Assembly: GCA_008632985.1 (NCBI GenBank)
Contig: QPGO01000005.1
Span: 1,075,607 to 1,139,606, forward strand
Direction: 5' to 3'
DNA from: Psammoneis japonica
Taxonomy: Eukaryota
DNA length: 64,000 nucleotides
Each line of letters opens with the position of its first letter. Position 1 is the stretch's first letter. Positions 26,855-39,579 of this stretch are shown one piece after another. The translations under genes and the position numbers were made by a program. Below the pieces are notes generated by a model that was not told where the DNA came from, made no database searches, and saw only the letters and a program-made list of their open reading frames with translations.

Positions 26855-28269
26855 ATGACAGCATTAAACAGAAGCAATAAAGAGTCACATCTTCGGTATG
26901 ATGGTGGCTCAATAAGTAGCAACAACGAGAACAGCAAAATCGAGGAAAACACCGTGGCCAGAAGAATACAGCGTATTTACGACTCGCTTTCTCATGATCC
27001 TCGCTGGGATACGTGGTTTATTGTTGCCTTGTTCTTGATGGAATTGGTACTTTGCATCTTGATTCTCCGCTTTGTGCCGTACACCGAGATTGATTGGAAG
27101 GCATACATGCAAGAAGTATCCACGTGGCAAGACGGAGAATTGGATTACCGAAAGATTCGAGGAGACACGGGACCGCTTGTCTATCCTGCAGGATTCCTGT
27201 ACTTGTATGCTCTGCTCAAGCATGTTTCCAAAGGTGGTATTGAGATTTACAATGCGCAAGTTTGCTTTGTTGGCTTTTATCTCATCACCACCGGGCTAGT
27301 ACTGTGCTTGTACAATGTTATGATCAAACGACAAAGACAAACAACAGTGGGTTCCGATAGAGCAACAGCTATTTGGGTTTGGCGTACTTCCATGTTTTTT
27401 TGTGTTCATCCAAGCGGCTGCACTCGATCTTTATACTACGACTCTTTAATGATGGGCCAAGCATGATGCTCTGCTTTGCAGCCATGCTCTTGTTCGCACA
27501 GTCACGATACAAGTATGGATGCGTCCTTTACAGTTTGGCTGTATCCATCAAGATGAATATACTACTCTTTGCTCCAGGATTGCTCTTGATTTTACTACAG
27601 GCCCACGAGACAGTCGAGGGAACCATTTACTGCTTGTCGATTTGCGCCGCTATTCAGCTGCTTGTTGGAGCACCCTTTTTGACAACCTTTCCCATTAGTT
27701 ATATTCGAAAAGCATTCGAGTTGGATCGAGTCTTTGATTACAAATGGACCGTCAATTGGAAGTTCCTATCGCCGGAGCACTTTGTGTCAAAGCCACTCTC
27801 TTTGATTCTGCTAGCCATGCATCTGGTCACGTTGGGTCTGCTTTGCTACAAGTGGATACAACATGCACAGCAACGTCATGGTTGCCGCATCTTCTTGACG
27901 ACGACAAACAATAACAACAAGGTCATTCGCTTGTCTCCAGAATACATTTTGTACACGATGTGGGTATCCAACTTTGTCGGCATTGTGTTTGCTCGAACCC
28001 TGCATTATCAGTTTTACGTTTGGTACATTCATTCGATTCCATTCTTGATTCTCGTCGCGGCAAAACGAACAACCGTGTTTACGTGTATCTGCATGGTGGT
28101 TTCCATGGTGGCATTAGAGTATGCCTTTCACGTTTATCCTGCCACTTTTACCAGCTCGGCTGTATTACAACTTGTTCATTTCGCAATTCTGGCAAGTATT
28201 TTTCGGGGGGACGTACCTTCAGTCTTGTTGGACGAAACTGTTTCGAGCGACAGGCCCAAGAACGAATAA
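26855..28269 (+). CDS. ALG3: Dol-P-Man alpha-1,3-mannosyltransferase; apparent frameshift in a T7 run at 27395-27401
   Basis: VPYTEIDWKAYM, GDTGPLVYPAGF, SKRLHSIFILRLFND, SIKMNILL, YKWTVNWKF and ARTLHYQFY. Confidence 0.95.
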
Positions 28270-28339
28270 AACGTGCTACAACGCATTGCCGTAGGTAATC
28301 TAAGGATGAATAGATCTGCCTTTGCGGCTGACCCAGTCG

Positions 28340-30660
28340 TTGTTCGTTCCTTTTTGTTCACCACGGAGGAATCGACTGCTGCATTTCTTGAAACATAGCT
28401 GGCCAAAGCATGTGTCGGCATTGCTGCTCTTTCCAGCCAATTCTGTGAAGATGTGTGCATCAACGACCGGAATCGCCTTAGAAGTTTCCATTGTTGCTCA
28501 CTTTTTCAAGTGGCTCCCATCTTATCTGGGCCCCATTTCGTGCCATGGCTCTGGCATGCCTCTTCAGGTCTACCTCCATGTCTCCACCCCCCTCAGCAAT
28601 GCTGCACAAAACTCTGGCAGAGGTGTTCTGCTCCAGAAATTGCACAAGCAGGGCTTGCAACAGGCTTTTCTTCTGGGGTTCTGAGTGGCTCTGATTGAGA
28701 GCACTTTGCACTTGTCCACAGCATTGTGAAGTTTCTTTTGGAGGGAAGGGAAATTCCATCATTCACCATTGCACAAACTGTGCCACTTTGAGCATGCTTT
28801 AAAAAGCACTGCAAAATGACCAGTGGTGAAGACCAAGAAATGTGGGCCAAGAGGAAGCCTGCTGCGCTGACTCCCTGATGACCCCATTTCTGGCATCTCA
28901 GAAACACCACCCCAAGCATGAAGATTTCAATGCTGCAGTTGTTGACCTGTTGCAAGAGCATGCTTTGGATCACTGCGAAGAAGCTGAAAGCAATTTGTGC
29001 TCTTTTGCAAGCTCTCTTCAAGACCTCCATTTGCCTCAAGTGTCATTTGATTCTTTGGACTGCCCCCACTGCTTTGGGCACACAAAACTGTTTGTGTGCT
29101 GTGAAGAGGCTGTGATGACAGCTGCCAAGTTTGTCACCAAGTGCTTCAAAGCATGTCAGGAAATGCTGTCAAAGCTCTCTTTGCCAAAAATTTGTGGCAA
29201 GCACAATGAGAAAAGTCTCATTTTCACAATTTGGGATGAAAAACATGTGCCCTGAATTCTTTGCAACCACTGCTGCTGTGTTTTGGATTCATCATTCTGC
29301 CATCAAGTTGTGGGCATGAGAGCTGCAGCTCAAAAAGGAACGCTGCAGAAAAAAATCCACATGACTTGCTTTTTAACTTTTCAAGTGCACCACTTGCAAA
29401 GCCACCCCCTGGGAAGGGACATTGTCAAAATGGCAAAGTGACATTGTTGGGCCCTTTCTTTGAAGGAACACAGCTTCCCTTTCTCAAAATGAGGGTTGGC
29501 GCACAATGGTGGAGGGTGGCTGGAGGTGAGCTGGACAAAGGGCAAATGTTTTTCCCAGCGCTGATCACAAGAACATGTCAAGCATTGCAGCCTTGCCTTC
29601 TGACAGCAGCGCATTGATTGGAAGTTTTGCCCACCATTTTTGAAAGTGAAAACCTGCATCTGCCATGCTGGCTGGTGTGTCAAACCAGTGTTTGGTGGTG
29701 TGCATCAGAGGAAATTGGCAAAGAAAAGATTGTGGGGTGACAAATGAGCTTGGGTGCAGCAAGGCAGAGAGGCAGTGTGACAGTGTGTGTGGGCTTGAAA
29801 AAGAAAGCAAGAGCACTGCACAGTCTGCAGCTGCTCAAGTGCTTGCCAATGCCAGCAGCATAAAGAGAGACAAAAGCTGCTGCTGACCCAGATCAAGACA
29901 AAAACAGCATGCCACAAAAAAAAGCCCCCACACCATCATGTTCTTTTTGCTCACAGCTGTGCCAACCTGAATTTTAACCCGCCAAGGAGGCTGCTTGCAA
30001 GATCGCTTGGGCACTTGTTGGCATGCCCCAAGATGCGAATGATTTGGAGCATGCCAGGAAGTCCTTGGAAGGTCCTGGCAAAAGCTTTGGTGGACCAGGC
30101 AATGTTGTTGGCTGAGGGCACACAACTGGGGCACCAAAACCATGACATTTGGCGCTGCTGCTGTGAGAGAACATTGGTGGTGGGGGCAGAGCCAGCACTC
30201 AAAAATGCACAGTGTCTGTCATTGCCCACATTTTGCTTCTTGCACTCTCACACACCTTGATCAAGTTTGGGAAGTGCCCCCACAATTTCTGCAGCCAGAG
30301 GCGTGTGGGGCCGTGTGATGTGTGGTGGGATCCACGACACACAAGAGAGAGAGGCAGGGGGTGCTGAGCATCATGGGTGCCCACGCTTGCTTTGGACCAA
30401 TGTGTTCAAAGCACTCCCAGGCGGGTGTGTTGTTCATTGCATGCCAGACATTTGAAAATGGAGCTGACTCTTTTCTTGGAGCACGTTTGCCAGTGTGGGA
30501 AAGTCCGCAGGTGAAGAACCCAGCGGCACAGCTCCAGAGCTGATGAGACCAGCCATCTGCTTGCCAACCCAAAAGTTGTCCAGTGGAACTTTGCACTGCA
30601 TTGTAGGATGACATCAGTCAGTTGATGCATGGCAGCATGTTGTTTTCATTTGGCAGTTGG
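28340..30660. mobile_element. Block B, decayed repeat of unknown family
   Basis: Strong TA and CG depletion; fragmented Cys/His-rich ORFs; no recognisable domain or termini. Confidence 0.6.
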
Positions 30661-30919
30661 GGGGTGTTTAAGGTGCGATGGGGTCAGGGGTGGGATGAAT
30701 GGATGGCAGCCGGTTTTCGTTTAGGATTGTGAGGGGCGGGTGGAGGAAAAGGGGGGCCGCAGCGTGTGCGGGCGGGGCGGCGGGTCGGGTTTTGCAACAA
30801 ACGTCAAACGTGGCATAACCGCACGCAGGGTCAAGGGGCATGACAGCGCACTCTCGTCTCATTCCTCATCATTCTCTCTTCATTCAACAGTTATTTCGTT
30901 GCACGCAAGGCTTATTGCC

Positions 30920-31480
30920 ATGAAGTCACATTACGACACGCTGGGAGTGTCTCCCACAGCCACTGTCGATGAAATCAAACAAGCGTATCGGAAACTTTGC
31001 ATGGAAACTCACCCCGACGTGTCGGCAGGCAGCTGCGATGAGAAGTTCAAACAAATTTCAGAAGCTCACAGTGTCCTTACGAATCGGAAGCAACGGCAAT
31101 TATACGATTTGGAACGCAACAGTTCGGTGTGGCCACCACGGGGTTCGAGATCTGCCCGGCAATCCAACAATCCTTCGCATGGATTTCGTGGTGGCAGGCC
31201 AGCTTCATCGGCCTCCATGGATCCGTACTCCATGTTTGTAGAGGGATTTTTCCGACCTCGCAATGTCATGATTGGTATGGTTCTGGGCTACTGTACAATT
31301 ACGGCGCTGCAAAAGGCCTTTTTAGATGATTCCGCAAAAAAAGACAAGCATTTGGTGGAAGCCTGGAAGAACCCAGAAACTGGTTCATGGGAACAGCCTG
31401 CTCCTTGGGATGCTACTTACCAGAAGACAAAACCAAAGCTGTTCATGATACCCAGAGAGCAAGTTCGACCGCGGAATTAG
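30920..31480 (+). CDS. DnaJ-domain protein with one hydrophobic segment
   Basis: HYDTLGV...IKQAYRKL...HPD...FKQISEAHSVL...RQLYD. Confidence 0.9.
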   Translation: MKSHYDTLGVSPTATVDEIKQAYRKLCMETHPDVSAGSCDEKFKQISEAHSVLTNRKQRQLYDLERNSSVWPPRGSRSARQSNNPSHGFRGGRPASSASMDPYSMFVEGFFRPRNVMIGMVLGYCTITALQKAFLDDSAKKDKHLVEAWKNPETGSWEQPAPWDATYQKTKPKLFMIPREQVRPRN

Positions 31481-32478
31481 AACGTGTGCATTATTCGCAC
31501 TGCTTGCACTGACGACACTTCTTGAGCTTCGATCGCCTGCATCAAGATTAAGAGTGTTTTCTCCTGCTCACAAGATACGGCATATTGTTGCAGTCTTGGA
31601 GCAGAAACTCTCTTTTGGTGATTACCGATCCTACTCATGTTCAATCCTATGGGTGTGTACGAGACGAGCAACGAGCAGAGCAGCAACCATCACAAATCAA
31701 AGAGATCGAAAGTCGAAGAAGTCGGATTCGTATAAGCCAGAATCTTGGGCAATGCTGACGGAACAGACATGAAGCTGCATTACGGGACGTTGAAGATATA
31801 ACGAAAACACATGTTGGATCGCAACGTGCAACAACTGCTACACGCATCAGATTCACCACATAGTATGCGGGCTGCCTCCTTATGGCTCTACGGATTAAGA
31901 TGCAATTGGAAAACTAAGAGCAGTTTCGATTGGCTCGTATAACCTTTGAATTTGTATATCTCCTTTACCTTGTACAACATTGCCAACAAAGGTAACATCA
32001 GTTGACACTACGATAGCCTTAAATTAGGTTCCTCAAACATGCCTTAATCAATATGGAGAGCATCATGCTCGCCAAGGGACGGCGTGGACCGAGCGCCGGT
32101 CCGATCAATAGTCCTATGCGGCTTTCCGTTATTTCTGATTTTGCCTCCTTTGCGGTGGAGAGCCCTGGCTTGGCACGCATTGGAGGATACCAGCTCTGTT
32201 GACGCTCGCGACGGGATCTGGTCTCAAAGATCTAACTAGAAGCAGATGTCTGTGCGTCCGCGCAGTATGCATGTCCCAAGTAGACTATGACAAAAAAGAC
32301 ACACCATCCCAATATGCAATGTATTTTTATGTGTTTATAGTTACGAGGATATATAGTCAGAGACGTAATGCATATCGTTTGTCTCTGGTCAAAACAAGTA
32401 ACACGGTGTAATCTTCTTCTAATCAGCAAGCCCCGGGGATAAATCTATGTCTCGACATTGTCGCGTTCTGTTTTCCCT

Positions 32479-33764
32479 TTACTGTTCAAAAAAGTATGCA
32501 TGCTGCAAGGCGGTGCGGCATGCACAACGGCGATCGGGGTCATACTGCAATAGCTTTGTCAGCAAGTCGGCTGCGTTGGTTCCTCCCAATGCCTCTAGAG
32601 AGCAAAAATCGGTAATGGGCCTTTCCCTCCACGACGGGAACTCGGGATTGTAATGAGGAAGTCGCAATACAGCTGGCCACATTTCCGCTGTGGGAGTGCC
32701 GCGTTTCTGAAAAATCTTGAACAACTGATCAATATCAGACCGTCCAGGAAAGAGCGGCATGCCCGTGGCCATTTCCGCGAAAATGCATCCACACGACCAA
32801 ACATCCACCGATGTGGAGTAGCGATTGGCTCCCAACAACAACTCGGGAGCACGATACCACAAGGTAACAACCTCGTACGTGTAGGGACCATTGGGAATCG
32901 CCGACAAGCGTGCCAAACCAAAGTCAGCAAGTTTCAGTTGACGACCGTCGGCACTAATCAAGAGATTGTGCGGCTTTAAATCCCGATGAGGACTCGATAG
33001 GTATGGCAAAATCCAACTCCTTGTAGTATTTGCGACATGAAGGATCGCACCATGGGAACTGGCAACCCGACTCGTTCGCTCACATCATCCGAGGTTTGGT
33101 ACTGATCCATAAATGTCTTCAAGTCGTGTGCCACGTATTCAAAGACAAGATAGAGTCCACCTGGATGGGCTTGAATAATATCCAGCAAGCGAACAACATT
33201 GGGGTGATCCAATTCCCTCAAGAGAGAAATCTCCCGAATGACATTGCACGGGACGCCTCCCTCTGGAGTTGTATCCGAAAAGGGTATCCTCTTGATGGCC
33301 ACCGTATCACCTGTGCTTTGCTGCGTTCCCTTGTAGACAATGCCATATGCGCCTTGTCCAATCAAGTCCGTGCTGTGTTAGATAAAAGTGAGAATGCAAG
33401 TTTAGTAATACTCTATAGAAAAGACATACAAAATCTACGTCTGAAACACACAAACATACCGTTGGTATCCATCTAGAGGCGGCTCGTCGTCGATATTGGG
33501 ACGATTATCATTCCCACCGTTGGCAGCACTGGCACGTCGATCGTTGTTATTGTTGTTGTTATTGTTGGCGGGCGGATCACGACCAGGAGCTTCTTCCATG
33601 TGGACATTGTCTTCATGATCCACCATGGTTATATCATTCCCGCGAGCACCACCACCGCCGCCTGCATGATGGTCATCATCGTCCGACACCAAATCGTCGT
33701 ATGCCAAGTCATCATCCACATCCGCAAGAACAGAATCGTCCTGATCTAACATTGCTTGAGCCAT
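32479..33764 (-). CDS. Cyclin-dependent kinase (PCNVIRE motif, acidic N-terminus); one intron (~33459-33380); apparent 1-bp deletion near 32988
   Basis: IGQGAYGIVYK, VAIK, PCNVIREISLL, HRDLKPHN, ADFGLAR, YTYEVVTLWYRAPE and LFPGRSDIDQL. Confidence 0.92.
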
Positions 33765-34273
33765 ATGGGATGAATGTAAAACAGACTTTGAAGGTGAAAC
33801 AAGCTAACTATGCTGAATGCTGCTACGATATCCTCTCTCTGGGGGACGTCTTCGGAAGTGAGACTGTCGAAGAAAGTTACGTAGAATTTGTACTAAAACA
33901 GTCTGTCAATCAGTGCGATTGGGTATTTGGGACCTCTGGACAGATCCTACGTGTTTTCTTGCGCGTACAAAATGTACTGGGAAAACCCCCAAACGCACTG
34001 GCGATCAGACCGCCTTCGACGATCTCACTTCCAAAGACGCCCCCCATCTCGTTGCAACGCACAGTGAAGATGATATGAAGATGGCGGGAGGAGCGTCCTC
34101 CCGTCGACGGGTTGCGTTGCCCAAGCACAACGGACATGGCCGACCGACGTCACACCCGCGGTGCGTCACAGAGTCGGTTGACGGACATACCTGTTTCCCG
34201 CCATTTTTATGAGCGATCTCACATCCGCGCTTCTCGCAAAACGCGAACTTGCACAACAAAACAGCATCTCACC

Positions 34274-36103
34274 ATGGTGCCAACACCTCCCGAGGAGATC
34301 CTGAAACAGCACGAGGAGGCATGTCGTCGCATACAAGAGAATGAGTACTCCTCACATGAATACGTACAACACGGTGAAATTCCTTTGGAGTTCAAGCAAG
34401 ATCCCGTGAGTGACGATCCGTCTCGCGTTGGCATGCCGGGTGCTTGGAATGGATGCATTTCTACGCGAGGCCATGTCGACGTGACTGTCTTGGCAAATCT
34501 GGTGCGAGAAGGGTACAACGACTTGCAGACAAATTATGCGAAACAGAAGAACGAACAGCAAGAAGAGAAAAAGACTGATGCGAGTTCCGAAACTCAGTAC
34601 TCCCACCAAACGAACAATCAGAACAATTTATGGGATCCCCAGAATGCGCGAATAAACAATGTTGCGGTAACACGACCGTCTCATGATGGATGGGGGATTG
34701 GAAAGATTGTCTTGATCTTTTGCGACGACTTTCTTTCCAAGCTTTATGAAATGCCGTGGTGGCATGCTCGATCTGACATTCGACAAGCAATCCTACCCAT
34801 TCTGCACACCCTTGAAATTCATCCTAGCCAAGTGGTGCGATTGTTGCTGGCAAATCTTCCTCCTAGTACAACCATACCTACTCATCACGATACAGGGTCC
34901 TGGGTAAAGTACACTCATCGTGTTCATGTTCCACTTCTTGTGAATGATCCCAACAAGGTGCTCTTTACCTGCGGTCCTACCGTGCAGAATATGCAACGCA
35001 TACCGTGCACTCCGGGTCATGTCTTTGAAATCAACAACCAAGCCAAGCACGCGGTATCCAACTGCTGTACTGTCAATCATCGTGTGCACTTGATATTGGA
35101 TTACGTCGATAACGACCATATTGTCAAGAAGCGATATCAGTTGCAGCCTGGAGAGCAGTTGGTACAAACAAGGCGGTCAATTGATCGCTTGGTGGATATG
35201 GGATCACGTCCTACACCGTCGTAAAAGGCCGGTACCATGTCTCTCTACAATTATATGATTCAACACCCACTTGTCATTCAAGCGAAACGACGTGAAACAC
35301 ATTGTTTGGATTGGCGATGGAATGAAAAAGCCAATGACGACGAGACGCTGAAGCATCAAGAACATTGCTTGAGGTTTTATCATGCCGACGAATTGAAACG
35401 TCACCCATCATGTTTGACGGGAGACTCTACTCCGTCCTATCTCTTGGACGCACCGCGGGTCATTCCCCGCTTGAAACAAGTATTTCCGCACCATGCCAAT
35501 ATCAAGTTTTTTGTCTTGACGCGAAATCCCACGCATCGGGCTGTATCTCATTATGCCATGGTGACTAGCAGCAACGGGACACCTCAACAATTGAAAGCAC
35601 GCGGTGTGGAATGGCGCAACAAGTCGTTTGAACAAGTCGTCCAGGAGGAACTGCAGCAAATGCGTCAGTGTGGACTCGTTCCTTACTGGAACATGGAGAA
35701 TGGCACGGTCGATCGACATGTATGGAACCAATTCATCAATACGACATTTGAACAAGAAGCTTGGATGGCGTATTTGAAAGAAAACATACCACTCAATACC
35801 GGCTCCCATTCTTTGTTGGCACGAGGAATGTATGCGTTACAGATCCAAAGATGGATGGAGCATTTCGACCACGCCCAGTTTCGCATTATTGATTTAGACG
35901 AAATGTCCAGAGATCCCTCTAGCATTTTGGAACAGGTATGGGATCATTTGGATATTCCCTATTTCGACATTCCCAACGTTAGCCCAAAGAATCAACGGGA
36001 CTATGATTCGGATGCCATTGTTGACCAGGACATGCTTGCTCTTTTGGCACGGTTTTACGAATTGCACAATGAGCGACTCCTATCTTTGTTGAGCTCCTTG
36101 TAA
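34274..36103 (+). CDS. Asp/Asn beta-hydroxylase-like 2OG dioxygenase fused to a sulfotransferase; frame break at ~35220
   Basis: IPTHHD...HRVHVPL...FEINNQAKHAVSN...RVHLILD, followed by KAGTMSLY...HP, GDSTPSYL, RNPTHRAVSHY and RGMYALQI..W. Confidence 0.85.
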
Positions 36104-36280
36104 TATGTTGTATCTTTAGAACGGTTGTTTTCCGGTGTCTACTATCCATATGTTGTGTAACTCTACGTAGGACTGCACGAGCATCGCAACGGCCAAATCA
36201 GTTACTTCATTCGCTCTACTAGTAGAGAGATAACTTCCTCGACTCTACTCTAGCTAGAGCCATGCAGAAACTAGTCGGAG

Positions 36281-36594
36281 CAGCCAGGTGCTGTGAGAGC
36301 CTTATTCTTTGTCTGGATTTCAACATCCGCAGTTTATTGTCCCTCTGCTCTGCCAAGAGGTTGAGGAGCGGCTACTGCTCACCAGTGGCGAGAGAAATGA
36401 TTCAATGGACATTTTTGTGTGAAAGGCATGTTGTTGTGAGTTGCAGGTATCTTTGCACTCCTTCAGGTTTTTGTTTGTTTGGTTTTTGAAAGAGGAGACT
36501 CTGGCAAGTTATTTCAAAGGGATTGATTTGTGCTCGTCACATTATGAGTTATAAATTATGCTACTTTGCTGAATCGTTTCTTACAGCCTGGCTA
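36281..36594. mobile_element. Possible small MITE
   Basis: CAGCCAGGTGCTGTGA on the left versus TTACAGCCTGGCTA on the right form an imperfect inverted repeat; the differences are TA>CA/TG type plus a 2-bp indel. Confidence 0.3.
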
Positions 36595-36722
36595 ACCACC
36601 TCCTGAAGAATTTGTGTCGTACCACTTTGCAAGATGGTGCCTACCACTTTTTAAATCTCGGATATGCAAAAATGTAATTGTGCACGACATTATCCGGAAA
36701 TGTAAACGAGACAACCGGAGGC

Positions 36723-38333
36723 CTAGACCGCAGCATCTATTGAAATGGAGGAAGAGCTGCGATATTTTTGCATGTTGTCTTTACCGCGGATCTCTATCCG
36801 GGTAGCACTGATGCTGTGAATACGGTAAAAGGTAGCATGCTCCTTGTATCCCTGGGACGTGGGAGTGATAGTTGCGTCCATTTCGAGAATGGGTTCTCGT
36901 ACGACGATCGACGTGGTAGGATCAAGACCGGATTGAGGGGACTTAATTGTCCGTCTTGTTTCGCTCCTGATTCCAACATTCAATGTTGAATGACAGTCAA
37001 GTGCTTCTGATGATGCAACGTGGCTTGCAAGTCGAAGACCCGGGTAGAGAACGGGTATCAGCTGCTCTTCCTCCAGAAACGCTGCTGGGCGAGCTTGTTC
37101 AATCTCCTGGTTGTGGTTCCTTGTCTCTGTTGATGCTTCGTCTGAAGCTGTAGCTTGTGAAGAAGATGAAGGTGATGCCTCCATCAACGCGACAAAAGAG
37201 CCATGGTCGTCCAAAGCTGGTTGATCGTCCCTTAGTCTGCCACGATGCAAAATCAAGCCGCCATTTCGAGCCGCTCCCCTCCTCAGTCTTGCAAACGCAG
37301 TGCCATTTACTTCGAATAAGTCTGATCTGTTAAAATGACTTTCTGAATCTCTCTTGTGATAATGGTGATGGCGGTTCTCGATTGGTGGCATGGAGCCAAA
37401 GTCAGGCTCCTCGGCAGTTGATAGTGCCGCAGAACTGATGCGCTGAGTCCCCTTTACTCCATCATGGCATCGTGTGACCTTCGTGCAAAGATCATCTCTG
37501 TCGCGCAAGAAGTATTCATGGTAGTATGTGCCTTTGTCTGGTCCTGGTTGCACGAGCCGAACAAATTTGTACAGGCAGAGCTGCCGAATGAAAGAGGACA
37601 TTTTCGTCATGCGAAAGTACTTTGGCATAATTTTCTCGACAAAGGTGCTAGGATCGTGAACGCCAAAGGATCTCCCATGTGATTGCCATGATATGCTGGG
37701 CTTCCTTCGAGATTTACCGGCCTCTCTATCCATATCTGACAGCAGTTTGTGGAGAATGACAGGAAATGGCTTGTCGTTTCCTCTCATATCAGTCCCACAC
37801 ACCGGTTCGTCATCTGCATTATTCAAGAAAGATTCATCAGTTGCTCGATCTTGATGTCCATTTCCGGCAAATGGCCTTTTGAAAGCTTTATGATAGCAAT
37901 ACTGTTGTTCTTCGTAAGGATTGCAAGTTCTCTTCTTTCCTGTTGCCTCAGTCTTCGGCACCTCGTTCGACTCCAAAACCGAATCGATGTCAGTCAACAT
38001 TTTCTCTAAAATGTCCGAATCAGTGCCTGAATCTAAGTTCCATCTTGTCGTGGCTGGGTCTCTCATAAGATCTTCTGTTGACGTTGATGATGCTCCCTCG
38101 TAGCGATATGAAAAATTGTCACCTGGTGGTGTGCAAGCACTCTCGAGGACCGAGTCCCCGTCCTCGAAAAGTGAACCCGCTGATGTTGCTGCTAACTCGT
38201 CTGCCAACAAAGAATCAAGCTCGTTCATCTCGCCCTCCTTATATGAATTCAGCATCACAATTTCCTTGCCACCATTCGACCTGGGATGCCATTGCTTGTA
38301 CTGTATTCGCTTTTTTGTGGCACGGCTTCTCAT
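36723..38333 (-). CDS. Heat-shock transcription factor, diatom-type; start codon uncertain
   Basis: PFPVILHKLL...ISWQSHGRSF.VHD..F...IMPKYF..TKMSSF.RQL.LY.F...GPDKG.YYHE.FLR. First in-frame ATG at 38333. Confidence 0.92.
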   Translation of the reverse strand: MRSRATKKRIQYKQWHPRSNGGKEIVMLNSYKEGEMNELDSLLADELAATSAGSLFEDGDSVLESACTPPGDNFSYRYEGASSTSTEDLMRDPATTRWNLDSGTDSDILEKMLTDIDSVLESNEVPKTEATGKKRTCNPYEEQQYCYHKAFKRPFAGNGHQDRATDESFLNNADDEPVCGTDMRGNDKPFPVILHKLLSDMDREAGKSRRKPSISWQSHGRSFGVHDPSTFVEKIMPKYFRMTKMSSFIRQLCLYKFVRLVQPGPDKGTYYHEYFLRDRDDLCTKVTRCHDGVKGTQRISSAALSTAEEPDFGSMPPIENRHHHYHKRDSESHFNRSDLFEVNGTAFARLRRGAARNGGLILHRGRLRDDQPALDDHGSFVALMEASPSSSSQATASDEASTETRNHNQEIEQARPAAFLEEEQLIPVLYPGLRLASHVASSEALDCHSTLNVGIRSETRRTIKSPQSGLDPTTSIVVREPILEMDATITPTSQGYKEHATFYRIHSISATRIEIRGKDNMQKYRSSSSISIDAAV

Positions 38334-38905
38334 ATTCACATTCTCCCGGGATAGCCTCCGCGCTTTTTTTGCATGAATGCGATTTTGGTGTGCGGGCGGT
38401 GTGCGTAGCGACTGTACCAGTAGCGTCGTACCATATGTGTCTGATTGTCTGTGCTTGTCGGTGTCTTTTGTTGCGATTTTTTTGTCTTTTCTACATGGCA
38501 CCTTTCCGCATGGTCATTGCAAAAACATCAATGGGATTCGTTTTGCTTAGAGCACCGAAGAGCGAGTCACATGTGCCGGTGGTGCCCAGTGCGTGTTCCT
38601 CCACTTCAGACGAGATGATGCACGCAGCGTCCCAGTGGAGACCAACCATGCAACACGAACAACTGCTCAGCAGATGACAGTCTGCTGCAGCAGCAGGAGG
38701 TGGCCTCAACTTCACTAAACGACTGTGTGAAATGGGCATTTTTGTCAACTTGAACCCATTTTTTGCCCCGCCTCGTGACCAGCAACCAAAGCTCCAGCGT
38801 CCCTTCCTCACACCTGCTTGGCCACACTCTGGCTGCACTCCCAACACACACTGGCCTCCACTTTTGTCACTTTTTCCCTGCAAAATGCTTTCATGTCAAA
38901 CTTGC

Positions 38906-39181
38906 TGACAGAAATTGAAGGCAAATGGCAAGAACTCAAACAATGGCTCCTCGCTGCTGTCTAAATGGCAGATGAGTCTCCGCTCAGAGACCGTTGCAGG
39001 AGCCGAAAGACGCACAAGTCGGTGCAATTGGGCTGCTGTCATTGTTCTTGTGAGCCTTGTGGCTCGAAAGCAAACTGCATCACGCGCGAACGCGTGGAGC
39101 TAAAGCACACAAAACTGTGCACGGCAAATTGAACAGCGCGCGACATTTTGCGCGCACCCAAATCCTGCTCAAATCCTGTCA
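38906..39181 (-). repeat. LTR copy A (276 bp, inverted)
   Basis: TGACAG...CTGTCA termini; reverse complement of copies B and C. Confidence 0.9.
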
Positions 39182-39579
39182 CTCCCCAGTTTGCTTGAGG
39201 AGTCACAGAAACAGATTTGACTTCGGATTGACTAAAGAACTTTGGAGTCAAAGAACCAAAACATGAGGAGACAAGAGAGGATCAAGATCCGAGAGCAATG
39301 TTGCATTCTCCAAGTGGGTCATCTTGAGATGAGCTGTGTCTCCCCAACTGCAGATGCCGTTGTGCTTTTCAAAGCTCAAGGCACACTTGGGATCTTGTGG
39401 GATTCCACATCCACACTTGCAATGGAAGGAGCAAAGCTTGGTCTGGTTGACAATGTTGAACGGCGGGGCAACATTGCAGGCGGCATGGCATTTGCACGAC
39501 TCGGGGAGCAGAGCAAGCATTGGTTCAAAGGCACAAGCGGTGGTCTTGTGTTCCACCAATCCGACTGCATCTCCTGAGA

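Noticed and set aside
32050..32235. Structured ncRNA between DnaJ and the CDK
   Set aside because: One GC hairpin only; no snRNA, SRP or RNase P/MRP motif recognised.
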